This document shows, piece by piece, positions 1 to 10,610 of a stretch of DNA of 64,000 nucleotides. The notes beneath the pieces are model-generated. The model was not told the origin of the DNA and did no database searches. It saw only the letters and a list, made by a program, of their open reading frames with translations. The DNA comes from Trypanosoma brucei. Taxonomy: Eukaryota. The stretch is taken from positions 352,001 to 416,000 of the forward strand of contig CM000207.1 in the NCBI GenBank assembly GCA_000002445.1. The letters run 5' to 3'. The stretch's first letter is position 1. Each line of letters opens with the position of its first letter. Both the position numbers and the translations under genes were made by a program.

Positions 1-334
1 AGAAGAAAAAGAGTGCAAGAGACAGAAATCGGGCAACCATTACGGTGCACCAGGGTAGATATTTTTTTTATAAAAAAAAATAAAAGTAAAACCAATTACG
101 GACTCCACCGATTGCTGCCATGGAGGTTAACGATTGGGTCCCAACATATCGGAATGTTTTTTCATCACTCGTTATGAATGGTGACATGTTTTGGTGAAGG
201 CAATGAAAAAAACCAACAGACCAAAGACAAACTTAAAACGATAGCGTATCACCACCCATTGATATCAAATAAGAAAACTAACTTTCTTTTCTTTTTTTGC
301 CCTTCTCTCCATCTAAAGCCCATACGTCTCCAAC

Positions 335-2539
335 TCACCACACTGCCCGATCCACAGAACAGCTACGAGAGCGATAAGCGGGACTTTCTGCACCCTCCTG
401 CTGCCAAAACGTGGCATAGCGAAGGGCAGCATGACCCATCAATAGTGCATTCTCAATATGCAACTCAGTTAAAGACAACAACTGAGCGAGATTTGAAATG
501 TTCCGGTGATTAATCACATCCGCCGACCCCCGTGAGAAGTGCTGCATTGCTTCCAATGCCAAACCCTTCCCACCACTGCTTTGCACCTGGATCAAAAGAA
601 GTTCAGCATACAAGTGGTGTGGAAAAGTATCATCGCACCTGTAAATCTGCTTCGCTCTCAAGACAGACTCTTTCATCGCTGAGACCGCAGCGTCACGTTC
701 GACTTCCTGGGTGTCTTCATCAAGTAAAAACAACTCACCTCCATCTTGCAATATTTTACAACAGCGCAACAGTGCCTCCACTAGCATGACCTTGGCCTGA
801 CGCAGGGGTATCGGTAAGTATGGAACATTCTCGGGGTTCCGCTGCCCCACGACAGTGTCATATGTTTTGATAGCCTCCTTCAAGTCTGTGGTTGTCTGCA
901 GAGCGTAAATAGCTGCGTCATCCATCCACTCCACTTCAGCCGAGGAACTCCCGAACACTTTAACTAAACGCTGCCGAAGTTCCGTGAGTACACGTTTGCC
1001 GTTGAACCCTTCCACCGCAGCAACTAAATGGCAACAGCGGAATACCGTTTGGAGCTCCGCTTTCCGGGCTAGTGGTTGCTGAGGCCAAGGGTTTGCCTCG
1101 TACAGACGGAGTAAATTAGAAACCAGTCGCCAACGCGGCTCTTTAGTAACCAAGTAGCGACTCGAGACTAATTGCAAGCACGCTACCACAGCCGTACGCT
1201 CTAGGCCCTTACCGTCAGTCACCAGTTCCTCAACAAGGGGACCAGCAACGGGGGATATCTTCACGACATTGCGAAAAGATTGTAATAAAATGGTGAGCAC
1301 CTCAGAATGGAGCGACCGCGGTGTATACGTCCCCCTAAATATTGTCCACAATGCCTCCCCATGTGCTGAGTGGCCAGTAGCGTGACATGCAGCAATAACA
1401 AAGGCATACGACTCGGCTGTTGGAACAAGAGAACGAAAAGACATTTGTGTTATTGTCGTGTCCAAATTAGCGAGTAGAGACACTGCCGTTGACCACCTAC
1501 CAGCAGCTGCAACAGCCTTCAACACACCCTCCGCATACGCACAACCTTCCTCGCCTGATACCACCAACTTCGTCTTGGACACTTCGCCACAAACAGAAAG
1601 AGCTTTTTCCCAAACAAACTGCCGGTGCGCTGAGCCAACCGTGCACTGAATACGATGAAACGTGTCTGCACTACGCCACAGAGCATCTAGAGCGTGCGTG
1701 TGTGTTGTCAAGGTTGTATCGTAGCCGGACGCAAGGGTTTCTTGGTACAGTGAAAGTGCATGAATCCATGGTCTAGGTCCTCCAAGTCCCGTCTTGTATC
1801 CGGTCATTAACCCCATCACTCTGTTAGTCATTTCTACGGGTGGGATTATGCTAGGATGCATACTTTTGGCAAAGTTTCTCAAATGCAAGGCAGCGGACCA
1901 TGAAACGTCAAGATGCATTAGATCCGTTAGTGACGTTGCTAAAACAGCCACTCCACTTTTCCGCATCTGAAATTCTACTCTCGCCACCAGTTCATTGTCC
2001 GCACCCTCCTGAGTGAAGCCCAGAAGTTTGTTGAAGGAGGAACCACGCTCCGCCCACCTCTCCGTTGCACGAGCCAAGTAGTTGGTAAAGCTTGTGCGTT
2101 CCTCTTCTGTGAAAGTCGACCATCGCTCATCCGTCGTACCTGTAGAAGCCTCCATTAACTTTTGGAATTCAGTGCGACCAACGCGCTCTTCCACATGGCG
2201 CTGCAGTAAAATGCAGGCGAGTGTCTTGAAGGTAGATGCTGTTGGAGACTCCCCATCTGCGTTTAGCAACACCTGTAGTGCATTCATTGCATCTCCTTTT
2301 GTTTCTGAACGCACAATTGCTCGTTTCACTTGCCGCGTCAAGGGGGTCTCCATCTCACCATTGGAAAGTGATACTCTCAACGTAGCATTTGACTGGATGA
2401 AGGAATCATGAGGCCAAACTGCCGTTAAAGATCCCTTTTTTGATGTTTGGGATGTGGCTGCAAGTGCTCGATGCCATGCTTGTACTTGAGTCCGCCTCCT
2501 CAGTGCACGAGAAAGTTTCTCAGTTACACGTGGTGGCAT
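335..2539 (-). CDS. hypothetical protein, 734 aa; predicted all-alpha helical-repeat protein (PPR/TPR-like) with an Arg-rich N-terminus suggesting a mitochondrial presequence
   Basis: Long ORF in the same orientation as every other gene here. ATG confirmed at 2537-2539 (plus-strand cat). A polypurine tract (minus-strand polypyrimidine) lies immediately upstream at 2567-2625. The N-terminus MPPRVTEKLSRALRRRTQVQAWHRAL is Arg-rich and amphipathic, and the body is helix-forming with Leu/Ala-rich periodicity. I recognise no catalytic motif. Confidence 0.5.
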   Translation of the reverse strand: MPPRVTEKLSRALRRRTQVQAWHRALAATSQTSKKGSLTAVWPHDSFIQSNATLRVSLSNGEMETPLTRQVKRAIVRSETKGDAMNALQVLLNADGESPTASTFKTLACILLQRHVEERVGRTEFQKLMEASTGTTDERWSTFTEEERTSFTNYLARATERWAERGSSFNKLLGFTQEGADNELVARVEFQMRKSGVAVLATSLTDLMHLDVSWSAALHLRNFAKSMHPSIIPPVEMTNRVMGLMTGYKTGLGGPRPWIHALSLYQETLASGYDTTLTTHTHALDALWRSADTFHRIQCTVGSAHRQFVWEKALSVCGEVSKTKLVVSGEEGCAYAEGVLKAVAAAGRWSTAVSLLANLDTTITQMSFRSLVPTAESYAFVIAACHATGHSAHGEALWTIFRGTYTPRSLHSEVLTILLQSFRNVVKISPVAGPLVEELVTDGKGLERTAVVACLQLVSSRYLVTKEPRWRLVSNLLRLYEANPWPQQPLARKAELQTVFRCCHLVAAVEGFNGKRVLTELRQRLVKVFGSSSAEVEWMDDAAIYALQTTTDLKEAIKTYDTVVGQRNPENVPYLPIPLRQAKVMLVEALLRCCKILQDGGELFLLDEDTQEVERDAAVSAMKESVLRAKQIYRCDDTFPHHLYAELLLIQVQSSGGKGLALEAMQHFSRGSADVINHRNISNLAQLLSLTELHIENALLMGHAALRYATFWQQEGAESPAYRSRSCSVDRAVW

Positions 2540-2566
2540 GCCAGTTCATAAAGGAATTTATGAACT

Positions 2567-2625
2567 GAGAGAGAAAGAGAGAAAGAGAGAAAGAGAGAGG
2601 GAGAGGGAGAGGGAGAGACAGAGCT
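2567..2625 (-). promoter_or_regulatory. polypyrimidine tract ((CTCTYY)n on the coding strand) immediately upstream of the 335-2539 gene: candidate trans-splicing / upstream polyadenylation signal
   Basis: The plus strand shows (GAGAGAAA)n(GAGGGA)n for about 59 bp, i.e. a pure pyrimidine run on the minus strand, starting about 28 nt upstream of the ATG at 2539. Confidence 0.45.
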
Positions 2626-3477
2626 TCAACCCCTCAACCAACTTATCACCCACCGTGAGGTCAAAGGGCAACAGTTGGGACTAAAAACCAACAGTGTCAA
2701 CAAGAAAAAAAAAAGAGTAAGTACGTGAAGGAGGGTAAAAAAAAAAAGAAAAAAAGGAAAAGAGGAAGAAAAACAAAAAAAGAAGGTACGAAAGGACAGC
2801 GTAGTCGCACGAACACTCTCATGTATAATTGGTGGTATTCTTCCCTCTTTTCTTTCACACACAAAAAGTTACCGACCATGTCTCACCTTTTCGCTTTCCA
2901 TTTCGTATCTTTGCGTCTAAACGCATCATTGCGACACTTTTCAAACCCCAAACACAAATTGATTCCTGCAAAGAGTATAAAAGCTAAAACCGCACATGGA
3001 GGTGCTTGTCCGTTCGCGTATCACCACTAATGTACAGGAAAAAAAAATTAAATAGGACGAATATCTGCTAAAGGTAAGTAGAGGAGAGGGGGGGAAAAAA
3101 AAGGAAGATGGGGCTCCTTTTTGCCTTCCTTAAAGGATGATACCAAGAAACTGAAGTCAGTTGACGTAGAAGATTCCGCAACGGATTTTCTTTCTTTAAA
3201 AAAAGGAAAAACCGAAAAAGCCAGAGCGATTTCTGACACATTTTGGACGGAGGAAGGAAATATATTAGAACCATAGGAAGAATGAAAAATACATATAACC
3301 GTGCACACATGTACGCATACACGGGTGATTACTCCCAACTATAAACTGCTGCCTTCTCGCTACAAACTAGTGTAACATAACAAGGGAAAATGAGTACCAT
3401 GTTAGCATGCATTAACTTCGCTCCTTTTTTTATTTTTTTGCAGTATACTCTTTTTAAAATCTTATGTTTGTGCTCCT

Positions 3478-4773
3478 TCAAGTAACTATATGATGCATCG
3501 CACAAATCATATCCCCCAACTTCTCCCGCAGTACCACAGAAGAATCATCCTCCGAAAGATTTTTTTCTACTTCCACCTTTTCTGCCTTTGCATCACCACT
3601 ACTTCCGCCGTGTGAAGCCACACACCATTTTTCAACTGCCTCGTGTATTGCCAATGGTTGCATACGACTAATTGCATTAAAATGATTTGGAGTGCAGGAG
3701 TCATGGGAGGTCGCCATATATTGACGAATATTCATCACGTCCCCATCAATTGCTACCACGGCAGCCATATTTCCATACGTTCCACAGTAATTCGATGCGG
3801 AAAAAACACAAACCACAGCTGGAACTCCCTTCGGGGTGTGACGATACAGTTTGTAACCTCCCGGCTGCGTCTCGTGGCCACGTATGACTGTGCAAAGATT
3901 ATTCGCCTCCAGAAACCGACAAACTGCCTCATAACTGTAGTTGTATGAGCAACCACGTTTGGTATTGAAAACAAACAACTCTTCAGAGGGAGTTGCACAG
4001 TCGGTGTCGTCTCCAAACATGGGATCAGACCAGAGCAAATCGCACATGGGACCCGTCGACGGTGTTTCCCTGAAACGGTTAACAGTGTCAATTTCTCCAA
4101 GATAAGTTAACAATGGCGATAAACCGCCGTGCACACAGAAAAACCTATCATTTACAACACATGAGAGTGGAAAGCAGTCAAACGCTGCCATAATCTCTTC
4201 GTACACCATTGACGAATACTTGCTCTCAATCTCCTGCTTGAAGTTGAAACACGACGTTAGTTGTCGTGATTCGTGATTGCCACGTAGTAGTATGAAGGAA
4301 CGAGGGTACAGTAGCTTAAACGACATGCAGAGGAGTACAATTTCTGCACTAAAATCCCCGCGGTCCACGTAGTCTCCAAGAAAAACATATTGCTGCACGC
4401 TGGGATGACCATTAACTTCTAACAATGTCAGTAAGTCATGAAACTGCCCGTGAAGATCCCCACACACGACAGCAGATCCCTTTAATCGTACAACATTTGG
4501 CTCCTCTTTCATGATTAATGCACAGCGGTGGACAATGTTCAATGCATCCTCTACATGAAGTCGCCATCCTCTCCCAAAATGAACTTTAATATTATCTGCA
4601 AGCGGGGCGCCATCATTATCAAATACCAAATGGTGCGGCAACACGAGAGTCGGAAGTATCTGAGGATTACTGCCGGGAGATTCATCTGCATGAGATTTTT
4701 TCCAAACATATTCCCGTTCCTTCAAACCATCACGCCCACGTGTTAGCTCATGGTGTGAAGCACCACTCGACAT
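3478..4773 (-). CDS. serine/threonine protein phosphatase, PPP family (PP1/PP2A-like catalytic domain) with N- and C-terminal extensions
   Basis: All PPP signature motifs are present in order: GDLHGQ, GDYVDRG, LLRGNHE, VHGGLSP, an RG motif and IRGHE. ATG confirmed at 4771-4773. Confidence 0.85.
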   Translation of the reverse strand: MSSGASHHELTRGRDGLKEREYVWKKSHADESPGSNPQILPTLVLPHHLVFDNDGAPLADNIKVHFGRGWRLHVEDALNIVHRCALIMKEEPNVVRLKGSAVVCGDLHGQFHDLLTLLEVNGHPSVQQYVFLGDYVDRGDFSAEIVLLCMSFKLLYPRSFILLRGNHESRQLTSCFNFKQEIESKYSSMVYEEIMAAFDCFPLSCVVNDRFFCVHGGLSPLLTYLGEIDTVNRFRETPSTGPMCDLLWSDPMFGDDTDCATPSEELFVFNTKRGCSYNYSYEAVCRFLEANNLCTVIRGHETQPGGYKLYRHTPKGVPAVVCVFSASNYCGTYGNMAAVVAIDGDVMNIRQYMATSHDSCTPNHFNAISRMQPLAIHEAVEKWCVASHGGSSGDAKAEKVEVEKNLSEDDSSVVLREKLGDMICAMHHIVT

Positions 4774-5351
4774 CTATAAGGTAACGCAAATAACCCCCGA
4801 GAACAATATATGTTCTTCCTTTTTTTATTGTTTAATAAATAAAAAATGGTAATAATAATAATAATGAACTCTTAAAATAATTTTAAAAAAATAGGATGCA
4901 ACAACCTAAAAAAGTGAAAAAAAAATCTCAGAAAACATAGTGAATTCCCCTAAACACCTGACAATGGGGAAAAACATACAACATCAATTTTTAAAAAAAA
5001 TAAAAGGAAATAATAAAAGAATTTATCACACGTAGGGCACGAAGTCCAAAAAAAAAAAAAGAACCGCAGCGGGATTAACAGGAAAAGATGAAGATTTTGA
5101 AATCAGGAAAGATAAAAAGAAAAAAAAACAGAAACGTCGTGTAAGGAAGACACGACGGCACTATCACAGTACCAACCAACTCCCACCGAAATGTGGAAAA
5201 ACAAAAACAATAACCCGAAAAAAAAAAAGCAACACTACCAACTGAGAAAAGGGATTTTTAAAAAAAAATCCATACCACAATATTTTCTCTCTGCTATGGC
5301 AGATGTTTCTTTCTTCTTCTTCCTTTCTTCTTTTTTTTTTTTCAATGCCAT

Positions 5352-6746
5352 CTAATCGTCATCGTCTGAAGAAGTTTCTTCAAAGGATGGCTCCTCCTCC
5401 TCCTCCTCCTCCTCAGAGTTGGAGTCGGAACTTCCCCGGCGTGGTCTTTTCTTACCCGCTTTCTTAACTGGTTTCACAACCCTCTTAGTTGGTGCTTTCT
5501 TTGCTGAGCCCGAAGTTGTGGGGGCTTTCTTTGATATACTCGACTTTGATACCGAAGGTTTCAGCGTGGGTTTTCCCGGACCACCGCTTCGTGATGGTTT
5601 TGATTGTGAAGCCTTCCGATCCGCCGGACTTATTTTTAAGCACGCCTCCACGTGTTGTCGGTGCCGCGAAACAACCGCCTTCTTACATATTGGGCACTGC
5701 TCCTCCACAATGCATGTGCCAACAAGTGTATGAAGTTCATCCTGAGCATCAGACTCGCCAGCACGCCGGCGTGCCGCACGTTGTGTGCGCTCAACCGCCT
5801 TTTCCCGTTCCGCGCGCTCGCGCCACTCCTCAAGTCCTACCAAATCAATAAGATGCTGATTTACTGGATAATAAGGAAATCCAAACGCCTTCTTGCACGA
5901 GCCACACTTCACTTCAGTGTCGTACATGGTAACATCGTAATCGAAACCACGTTGGCAGTTTGGACAGGCGTGAAGGGCAGTGGCACATCCAAAGCGGCAC
6001 AGACACGTTTCACAATGCACTTTTTTTCCAGCTGGACCCATAAACAATGTGTAATGTTGCTTGGAATCCGGTTCCCAGGAAGTACGACATTGTGGGCAGC
6101 GCACAACAGTACGATTGTAAATACCACCAACTCGTGGCGTGCCTATTAATGCACGATTCGTAGACACAGATGGAGGAACTGCGGATGCAAGAAACATGAA
6201 ATCCTCATTACCCGCATCACTATCAGCAGTATCCTCTCCATTGGTATCTTCATCCTTGTCGCTACTCATGTCGCCCTCGTCATCGCGAAGAACAAAATCA
6301 TCCTCAACTATTGGTTTCGTCCGCTGTGGTATTATCTTTTTGACTGCTTCTTGCTTTTGCAACGTACTCGTGTGTGTTGTCCCTCTGGCTGCGACCTCCA
6401 CCAGTTGCTTTGGTTTCGCTTTCTTTACTCCTCCCTCAACCGTCTTTCTCTTATTCTTTTGTTTTTCCTCCTTTGCTTTTTGCGCCTGAAGGGTTTTGCG
6501 GTATTTCGGGTCTGCCACCTTCTCAAACGCACGTACCAGTTTCTGAAAGACTTCTGTTGCCTTTTCAAACCGGTTCTTTAGTTTATCCGGGTGGAGAATT
6601 CCCGCAAGTCGAATATAATTACGCCTCGCATCTGCAACCGACGTCTCGATAGTCACCACAGGAAGTTCAGGTGCTAATGAAAGTAACTGCAACACCGCCT
6701 CATCAGGACAGTCAAGAACTGACTGCGCAAGAACCACGACGTCCAT
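5352..6746 (-). CDS. DnaJ (J-domain) protein with a Cys-rich zinc-finger region and a Lys-rich then acidic C-terminal tail
   Basis: N-terminal J-domain with the HPD tripeptide (RLAGILHPDKLKN). Several CxxC pairs follow (CPQCRTSW...CETCLCRFGC...CPNCQRG...CGSCKK...CPICKK). The C-terminus is K-rich and ends in EEEEEEEE...DDDD. ATG confirmed at 6744-6746. Confidence 0.8.
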   Translation of the reverse strand: MDVVVLAQSVLDCPDEAVLQLLSLAPELPVVTIETSVADARRNYIRLAGILHPDKLKNRFEKATEVFQKLVRAFEKVADPKYRKTLQAQKAKEEKQKNKRKTVEGGVKKAKPKQLVEVAARGTTHTSTLQKQEAVKKIIPQRTKPIVEDDFVLRDDEGDMSSDKDEDTNGEDTADSDAGNEDFMFLASAVPPSVSTNRALIGTPRVGGIYNRTVVRCPQCRTSWEPDSKQHYTLFMGPAGKKVHCETCLCRFGCATALHACPNCQRGFDYDVTMYDTEVKCGSCKKAFGFPYYPVNQHLIDLVGLEEWRERAEREKAVERTQRAARRRAGESDAQDELHTLVGTCIVEEQCPICKKAVVSRHRQHVEACLKISPADRKASQSKPSRSGGPGKPTLKPSVSKSSISKKAPTTSGSAKKAPTKRVVKPVKKAGKKRPRRGSSDSNSEEEEEEEEPSFEETSSDDDD

Positions 6747-8345
6747 TTTTTATCTTGCTAAATTAATATGGTTGTCTGATTGATTAAAATAAGAGATTAG
6801 AAGATCAGTGAGGACCCGTGAAAAAAAAAAAGGAGGGGGAAACAAAAAAAAGAAGACTTCAATAACTCAAGAGATAATGACAATATCAATGGTAAATAAT
6901 ATACACAAATAAACAGAGAGAAGGAAAAGTGTCTGTAGCGTCGTGCATCATTCACACACACTTTTCACTCTTATTTATTTATTTACTTCTTGTTTTCATC
7001 CTTATTCGTTTTATTATTATTATCATTTTTTTTTTTTGCTTGAAGGGCTAACGCATGCATATATATAAATAAACATATATAATCAACAGAAGACACCAAA
7101 TCACAACAACTCAAATAAAAGAAAACAGCCGAGCATTAGGAGAAAGAAAAAGAAAAGTAAAAAAGGAAAAAAGAAAGCAATAAAAATGGGAGTGAAAGCT
7201 GACAACTGAGAGATTTTCGAGCGTCATCCAACAATTTAACTGCAGCACTGCTAATAATTTTATTGTCACTTTCTTTCTTTCTTTCTCTTTTAGTTTCATA
7301 GCTTAAAAGTAAATGCTCACGGTTGTGTTTTACACAAGCAGAAGGAAAGTATTGGAAGTTTATCAAGTGATTCATCGCCAACACCACCGAATGAATAACA
7401 TAAACTATCAGAAAAAAAAAGTGAGAAGGGTTTTAAAAAAAAAAGAAAAAGAAAAAAACACATAAAAAATATAGAAGCTAACAAATCACACAATAATAAG
7501 TAAAACTTTAAAAAAAAAAACAACCTCGCACTCACCACCATACTAAAACAAAACTCAAAACTGCTCTAAAGAGCAGTACCACGCAATTGTCATTATTTTT
7601 ATATTACTAGCAACGTGAAAGCATAATGCTTCGTTGACGTTACAAAGTGGTAACAAAACAAAAGTAATAATGATGACAACGGTAGTGAGGTGAGTAATTT
7701 GGTTTCATTACGATGGTTAAAACGTCATATTCACTTCATCCTATTATCATTATTGTTATCGCAGCCAATGCAATCGGCTCTTGAAGTGGAGAGAAAATCC
7801 CCTCCCCCCCCTCCACACACACACACACGTCATTGCACACGTTAGGGTGGTGGCTGAACAACAACAACAAAAAAAAAAAAAAGAAATAACATAAAAGTGA
7901 GATGAAGCGTGTGAAGAAAGGTGGAAGAAAAAAAAAAAGGAAAAAGACACACATACATATACACATACTTTTCAACAGCTGGTCATTAACTAAGCTCGTT
8001 TCCCCACCCCTTTTACAAACAGACGCGGTGCGAATCCTCATTTCACCCATACGTGGCCATACATCTACTATAAATATATATATATATTTATTTATAAATA
8101 AATGTAATTAAATCTGTATAACTATAAATACGCACGCCACAAAACTGACGAGCTAATACGCTTGAAAAGTAACGAATTAAGAACAAAAAAATATTACATT
8201 TGCGCCACTTTCCCCTGGTCACGTTGCTAAGTTTCCTTTCAGTTTCTTGTTTTTCTCTTCGAACTTCCCGTGCGAGAGAGAGAAAACAAAAGGAGACGTC
8301 ACCAGTCACGACAACAGCACCAAAAAAAAAAAAAGAGAAACGAAG

Positions 8346-9812
8346 TTAGTCCCAGACAACAGACTTCAAGCGGTTCATAAATCCCACTCGACCAAAAGTG
8401 GAACTACCTTTGCGCAGCGCAAGTCCCCTATTTTCCTCATCACTTACCGTTTCAACCTCTATCATATCCCAATGATCACTTAATGGTTCGACATAAACCC
8501 ACTCCTTTACTTCCCTTCGCTCAGTTTCCGTTTGCTTGTGCATATGACGTTGCACAATTTCTACAATAAGGGGAGCCTTCGCTTGTATAAAAGGATGCTC
8601 ACGTATCACCGCAACAGTGGCACGTTCAAATGAGTTTGTTTTCACTAATGACTCCACAAGCGACTTGGCATCATCCGATACATTGGCCCAATGCGGACCG
8701 ACGCAGCGGATGCCTTTCAGCATATTTTGGTAAAGAGAACTAAAGCATCGCGTAGCCACAGGCATATGACCACACAACAAAACATATGCTACAACACCTA
8801 AGCTGTACATATCCGCAAGATGCATCGTCTCTCCCAACGCCTCATACACACGGCGACGTTCCACGACAGCGCGTATATTCTCTGGAGAAGTGTAACCTGC
8901 GGTTCCACAAGGTACAAAAAGTTGTGTTTCGCACTGTTTCACATACTCCGCAAGGCCAAAGTCGATGATCATCACCCTTTTGAAGTCGTGCGAAAGAACG
9001 ATGTTTTCAAGCTTTATATCACGATGCACTATTCCTTTCTTGTGGTAAAGGTAGTCAAGACCTTCTGCCACCTGCAGGACAACATTTGCCACAAGAACTT
9101 CTACGTCGTATTTATATTCCTTAGCTAACCTCCATGCTTGCATGAGCGAACCGCCATCACCTGCTTCCATAACAATAACAAGGTGATGTGGTGTCTGCAA
9201 TACCTCCAATAGTTTTGCAACATTATGATGATCCACATCTTGCATTATTTCCAACTCTGTTACAATTTTCTTCCACGAACGATAGGTCACAACCGATGCT
9301 TTAGTTATTACTTTAAGTGCCACACGCCTTCTACAGGGATAACTCCGGTCTTCGCATTTATACACAGAGCCAAACCCACCTTTACCAATCATAGCTCCCT
9401 CAAAGAATGTTGGGAAGCGGTCTGTTATACTTTCATAATAAACATAATCTCCAACATTGAATTCAGAGAGGGATGTGTAACATGAATGCATGAGTGCGTT
9501 AATGCTGCGGCTGTCGAGAAATGACATAATGAGACGCGCCACGCTTCCATCACGCTTCCCCGTACGTAAGTTACGCAAACTTCTAAACACAGCGGGAAAC
9601 TTGCAGGAGTTGCACCGCCGTAAGCGTCGCCCACCATATGTAGCAGTGCATGGGGCACAATTGTCACAAAATATCCGTCCACACCACTGGCAGTGTTGTT
9701 TACTGACGAGTAGTGAAAACTTCTTGCGGCACAGGCGGTTCTCACAGGCATCTGTTGAGCACCAGTCGCGTCGCTGCTCACCGGGAATTACTAATTCATG
9801 CTCCCCGCGCAT
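8346..9812 (-). CDS. protein kinase (CAMK-like Ser/Thr kinase) with an N-terminal FYVE-like zinc finger
   Basis: Kinase subdomains GKGGFGSVYKC, VALKVI, HRDIKLENIVL, DFGLAEY and GTAGYTSPE are present. The N-terminal block WCSTDACENRLC...KQHCQWCGRIFCDNC...RRCNSC has FYVE-like spacing. The ORF track begins at a TTG codon (9834-9836); the first in-frame ATG is at 9810-9812 (MRGEHELVIPG...). Confidence 0.8.
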   Translation of the reverse strand: MRGEHELVIPGEQRRDWCSTDACENRLCRKKFSLLVSKQHCQWCGRIFCDNCAPCTATYGGRRLRRCNSCKFPAVFRSLRNLRTGKRDGSVARLIMSFLDSRSINALMHSCYTSLSEFNVGDYVYYESITDRFPTFFEGAMIGKGGFGSVYKCEDRSYPCRRRVALKVITKASVVTYRSWKKIVTELEIMQDVDHHNVAKLLEVLQTPHHLVIVMEAGDGGSLMQAWRLAKEYKYDVEVLVANVVLQVAEGLDYLYHKKGIVHRDIKLENIVLSHDFKRVMIIDFGLAEYVKQCETQLFVPCGTAGYTSPENIRAVVERRRVYEALGETMHLADMYSLGVVAYVLLCGHMPVATRCFSSLYQNMLKGIRCVGPHWANVSDDAKSLVESLVKTNSFERATVAVIREHPFIQAKAPLIVEIVQRHMHKQTETERREVKEWVYVEPLSDHWDMIEVETVSDEENRGLALRKGSSTFGRVGFMNRLKSVVWD

Positions 9813-9832
9813 GACTGCACAACTTAACACAC

Positions 9833-9836
<4 letters not shown>

Positions 9837-9867
<31 letters not shown>
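9837..9867. repeat. (TA)n microsatellite, about 31 bp
   Basis: atatatatatatatatatatatatatata, in the intergenic region directly upstream of the kinase gene. Confidence 0.9.
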
Positions 9868-9868
<1 letters not shown>

Positions 9869-10610
9869 GTAGAAGAAAAAAAAAGAAGAAAAGAAGAAAA
9901 AGGTAACGAAGAAATTACAGAACTGTGGCGTTAGATGTATCATCTCCGATGAGGTCACCACACCCACATGTGAGAAATGTATATGTATATGCAGTACTAA
10001 CGTAACGACACCGAACAAGAAGTAAATTTTTAAAAAGATCACAAGAGACAAAAAACAAAAACAAAAAACAAAAACAAAGGACACACAAAAATAATTTTAC
10101 AGATTGACAACCCGACACCTACATAGACCAAAACTTACCACCCGTTTAACGGAAACCCTCCCCTTCCCTCTCGATAGAATGCACAAGAGGCATCCAAGAC
10201 AGCTGTAGTTAATAAACGATAAGTTAATCGAGACAGACAAAAAAAGAAAAAAAAGAAAACCAAGACGGTAACCCTTCACAAAGGACAATGTATGGCACAA
10301 ATATCCCCCATCTTTTTTTTTTGAAATGTCGTGCGCGTTCTCTAAGGTTGCATAACACAACCGAAACTCGCACAAACCAATAACAGACCATCGGTTCCAA
10401 CAACTCAATGAATACAGTAGACGGATTTTACACTGGAATGTTTGCATGACTTGGAAGTTAGCCACGAAATGACACCGTCGCGACAGAAAATAATAATAAT
10501 AATAAATAATAACACAAATTGACAAGACGCATAATCCCCGCATCGCCCCCGTTTGGCCACCTTCACCCGGGTAAGGCTTCTTCCCCCTTTTCCTATAATT
10601 TACTGTCATA

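Noticed and set aside
2626-3338. Cluster of 60-100-aa ORFs with K-rich or F-rich translations (2626-2862, 2697-2879, 2725-3030, 3048-3338)
   Set aside because: They derive from poly(A), poly(T) and poly(AG) intergenic tracts, giving homopolymeric lysine or phenylalanine translations. Not genes.
5652-6149. 165-aa plus-strand ORF
   Set aside because: Antisense to the DnaJ-domain gene and overlaps its zinc-finger-coding region. No motif support.
7560-7580. Short near-palindrome ctgctctaaagagcag
   Set aside because: A 16-nt imperfect inverted repeat in an AT-rich spacer. No flanking gene or recognisable RNA structure. Likely chance.
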